From Elainellaceae cyanobacterium (GTDB lineage: Bacteria; Cyanobacteriota; Cyanobacteriia; CAZCXK01), in the NCBI GenBank assembly GCA_051117555.1, contig JBNPEG010000120.1:1-64000 (forward strand): 64,000 nucleotides of DNA. Direction: 5' to 3'. Positions 62,339 through 64,000 of the stretch are shown one piece after another. Position 1 is the first letter of the stretch. Every line of letters starts with the position of its first letter. The notes under the pieces are model-generated. The model was not told the origin of the DNA. It made no database searches and saw only the letters and a list, made by a program, of their open reading frames with translations. The translations under genes and the position numbers were made by a program.

Positions 62339-64000
62339 ATGGCAGTCCAAAATTATAAAGTGCCGCAAACTCATCAGAAAACGGTGCGCTCCCTCCTTCG
62401 ATATCTTGGCAGGCGGCTGCGAGGGCGATCGCTGCTGCCGGGGCTGGTGATTTCGGCGCTTTCGATTGGGCTGTGGCAGCTCGGAGTTTGGCAACCACTA
62501 GAGCGAATCAGCTACAGTACGCTCTTTCAGGTGAGAAATGCTGTATTTTCGACCTCAGGCTGGGATTCTAGGATCGCAGTGATTGCGATTGATGATGTCA
62601 CGTTAGAGCAAGATGGCAGTTTTCCGATTCCTCGACGCCGTTACGCCGAGCTGCTGCGCAAGCTAGAGGCATCGCTCCCAGCCGCCATCGGGTTTGATAT
62701 TCTGTTTGCAGAAAGCGCGCCAGATGATGCTGAATTTGCCAGCGCGATCGCTGACCAGTGGAATGTGGTGTTGGCCGTTGCCGCAAACTCCCAAAGTCAG
62801 ACGATTCAGCCCACATCCAGATTGGCCTCCGTGGCTGCTGATGTAGGGCATGTTATCGTCTCACCTGAGCCTGACGGCATCAGCCGCCGCATGTGGCTTT
62901 ATCACGGCAACACGCCTGCATTAGGGCTTGCCCTAGTGCAGACATATTACGAAAGTCTATACATGACGGCAGGGACAACGGTCGATGCAGACTACAATCC
63001 TCGTCTGGTCAAGTCAGTTCTAACACTGCCCAATCGCCACGTCTGGATCAACTGGCCCGCTCCGGTTCATCACCCAGACTCTCTACACTCCACAGGGGAA
63101 CCAGAACCGTCTTGTCGCAGCCATTTTGAACCCGGTGATGCGGTCGTGTATCCAATGGACTGCATTCTGAGTGGGGCAGTCAGCCCAAGCGTCTTGACGA
63201 ACAAAATCGTGCTGGTCGGTGTGACGGCAACGGGGGTTGATACGCTTCAAACTCCGTTTGATCAGGTTCCCCCAACCTCGAACGTCTACTTACACGCTGC
63301 ATTAGTCGATAATTTGCTAAACGATCGCCTACTACGCCGATCGCCTCTTTGGGTTGACGCAGTTCTCCTCATGAGTTTAAGCATTGGCGTCACCGGATTG
63401 CTGGCTTCTAAGGGCCCCCAAAGCCGTCTGGCGATCGCCATCGGATTACCCCTCCTATGGTTTATGGGAGCACTGCTGCTGTTTAGCGCAGGGTGGTTGA
63501 TTCCGGTCGCCGCTCCCATTGGCACCGTTACGATTGCGGCCATGGGAATCCAGCTTCGAGAACAGTATGAAAAACAGCAACTGATGGATCTGTTCTCGAT
63601 GCACGTTGCCCCAGAGATGGCAAACCTTATCTGGCAGCGGAAAGCCGAAATCTTTCAACAAGGCAAAATTCAAGCACAGGAGCTAATAGCAACCGTGCTG
63701 TTTGTTGATATTCGAGGATTTACGTCTGTTTCAGAAATGCTGCCGTCTCAACAACTCGTCGACTGGCTAAACCGTTACTTTAACGTGATGTCTGCGTGCA
63801 TCACGACTCATGGCGGCATTATCGACAAATATATTGGAGATGAAATCATGGCGGTGTTTGGTGATCCCACTCACCTTGCTGATGCAAACGATATTCGCCA
63901 AAATGCTGTCAATGCGATCGCCGCTAGCCTCTCGATGCGGCGTCAGCTTCATCAGCTCAATTACCAGCTTGCATCGGAAGGCAGTCCTACGATTGAGTTC
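62339..64000 (+). CDS. CHASE2-domain class III adenylate cyclase, 3'-partial (runs off the window; not in the ORF track)
   Basis: Hand translation from ATG 62339: TM, WDSRIAVIAIDD, AIGFDILF, PDGISRR, KIVLVGVTA, TMs, then ATVLFVDIRGFT and DKYIGDEIMAVFG in the same frame. Confidence 0.9.
   Translation, partial: MAVQNYKVPQTHQKTVRSLLRYLGRRLRGRSLLPGLVISALSIGLWQLGVWQPLERISYSTLFQVRNAVFSTSGWDSRIAVIAIDDVTLEQDGSFPIPRRRYAELLRKLEASLPAAIGFDILFAESAPDDAEFASAIADQWNVVLAVAANSQSQTIQPTSRLASVAADVGHVIVSPEPDGISRRMWLYHGNTPALGLALVQTYYESLYMTAGTTVDADYNPRLVKSVLTLPNRHVWINWPAPVHHPDSLHSTGEPEPSCRSHFEPGDAVVYPMDCILSGAVSPSVLTNKIVLVGVTATGVDTLQTPFDQVPPTSNVYLHAALVDNLLNDRLLRRSPLWVDAVLLMSLSIGVTGLLASKGPQSRLAIAIGLPLLWFMGALLLFSAGWLIPVAAPIGTVTIAAMGIQLREQYEKQQLMDLFSMHVAPEMANLIWQRKAEIFQQGKIQAQELIATVLFVDIRGFTSVSEMLPSQQLVDWLNRYFNVMSACITTHGGIIDKYIGDEIMAVFGDPTHLADANDIRQNAVNAIAASLSMRRQLHQLNYQLASEGSPTIEF

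Noticed and set aside
1..64000. GCGATCGC over-representation as a novel repeat
   Set aside because: This is the well-known cyanobacterial HIP1 octamer

Overview
This is a cyanobacterial chromosome segment: HIP1 (GCGATCGC) is dense, and psbB, psbT, psbM and psbU are present. The first ~4.2 kb is the decayed end of an integrative element beside tRNA-Thr(CGT). It holds an RHH-like gene, an excisionase-like gene, a Uma2 pseudogene split by an IS4-family element, and a doubly frameshifted tyrosine integrase with three tandem arm-like sites. Most of the rest is core genes: moeA, rpmG-rpsR-rnb, psbB-psbT-nrdR-rps1, metK, purC-bamA-lpxC-fabZ-lpxA-lpxB, ldh-cbiD-guaA, sodB, argH, psbU, uppP and hemC. 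The right third carries four class III adenylate cyclases. One is a 1413-aa multi-PAS enzyme with an intact dual-Cys (DXCF) cyanobacteriochrome GAF, a candidate photoswitchable cyclase, in tandem with a GAF-less paralog. Notable non-coding signals: a phased cluster of TTTTCCACA DnaA boxes after guaA with no dnaA/dnaN in the window; a 182-bp MITE sharing termini and 9-bp TSD length with the nearby IS4 element; a TA-duplicating MITE that truncated the sodB C-terminus; and a structured metK leader. All calls come from reading motifs by eye; no searches were run.
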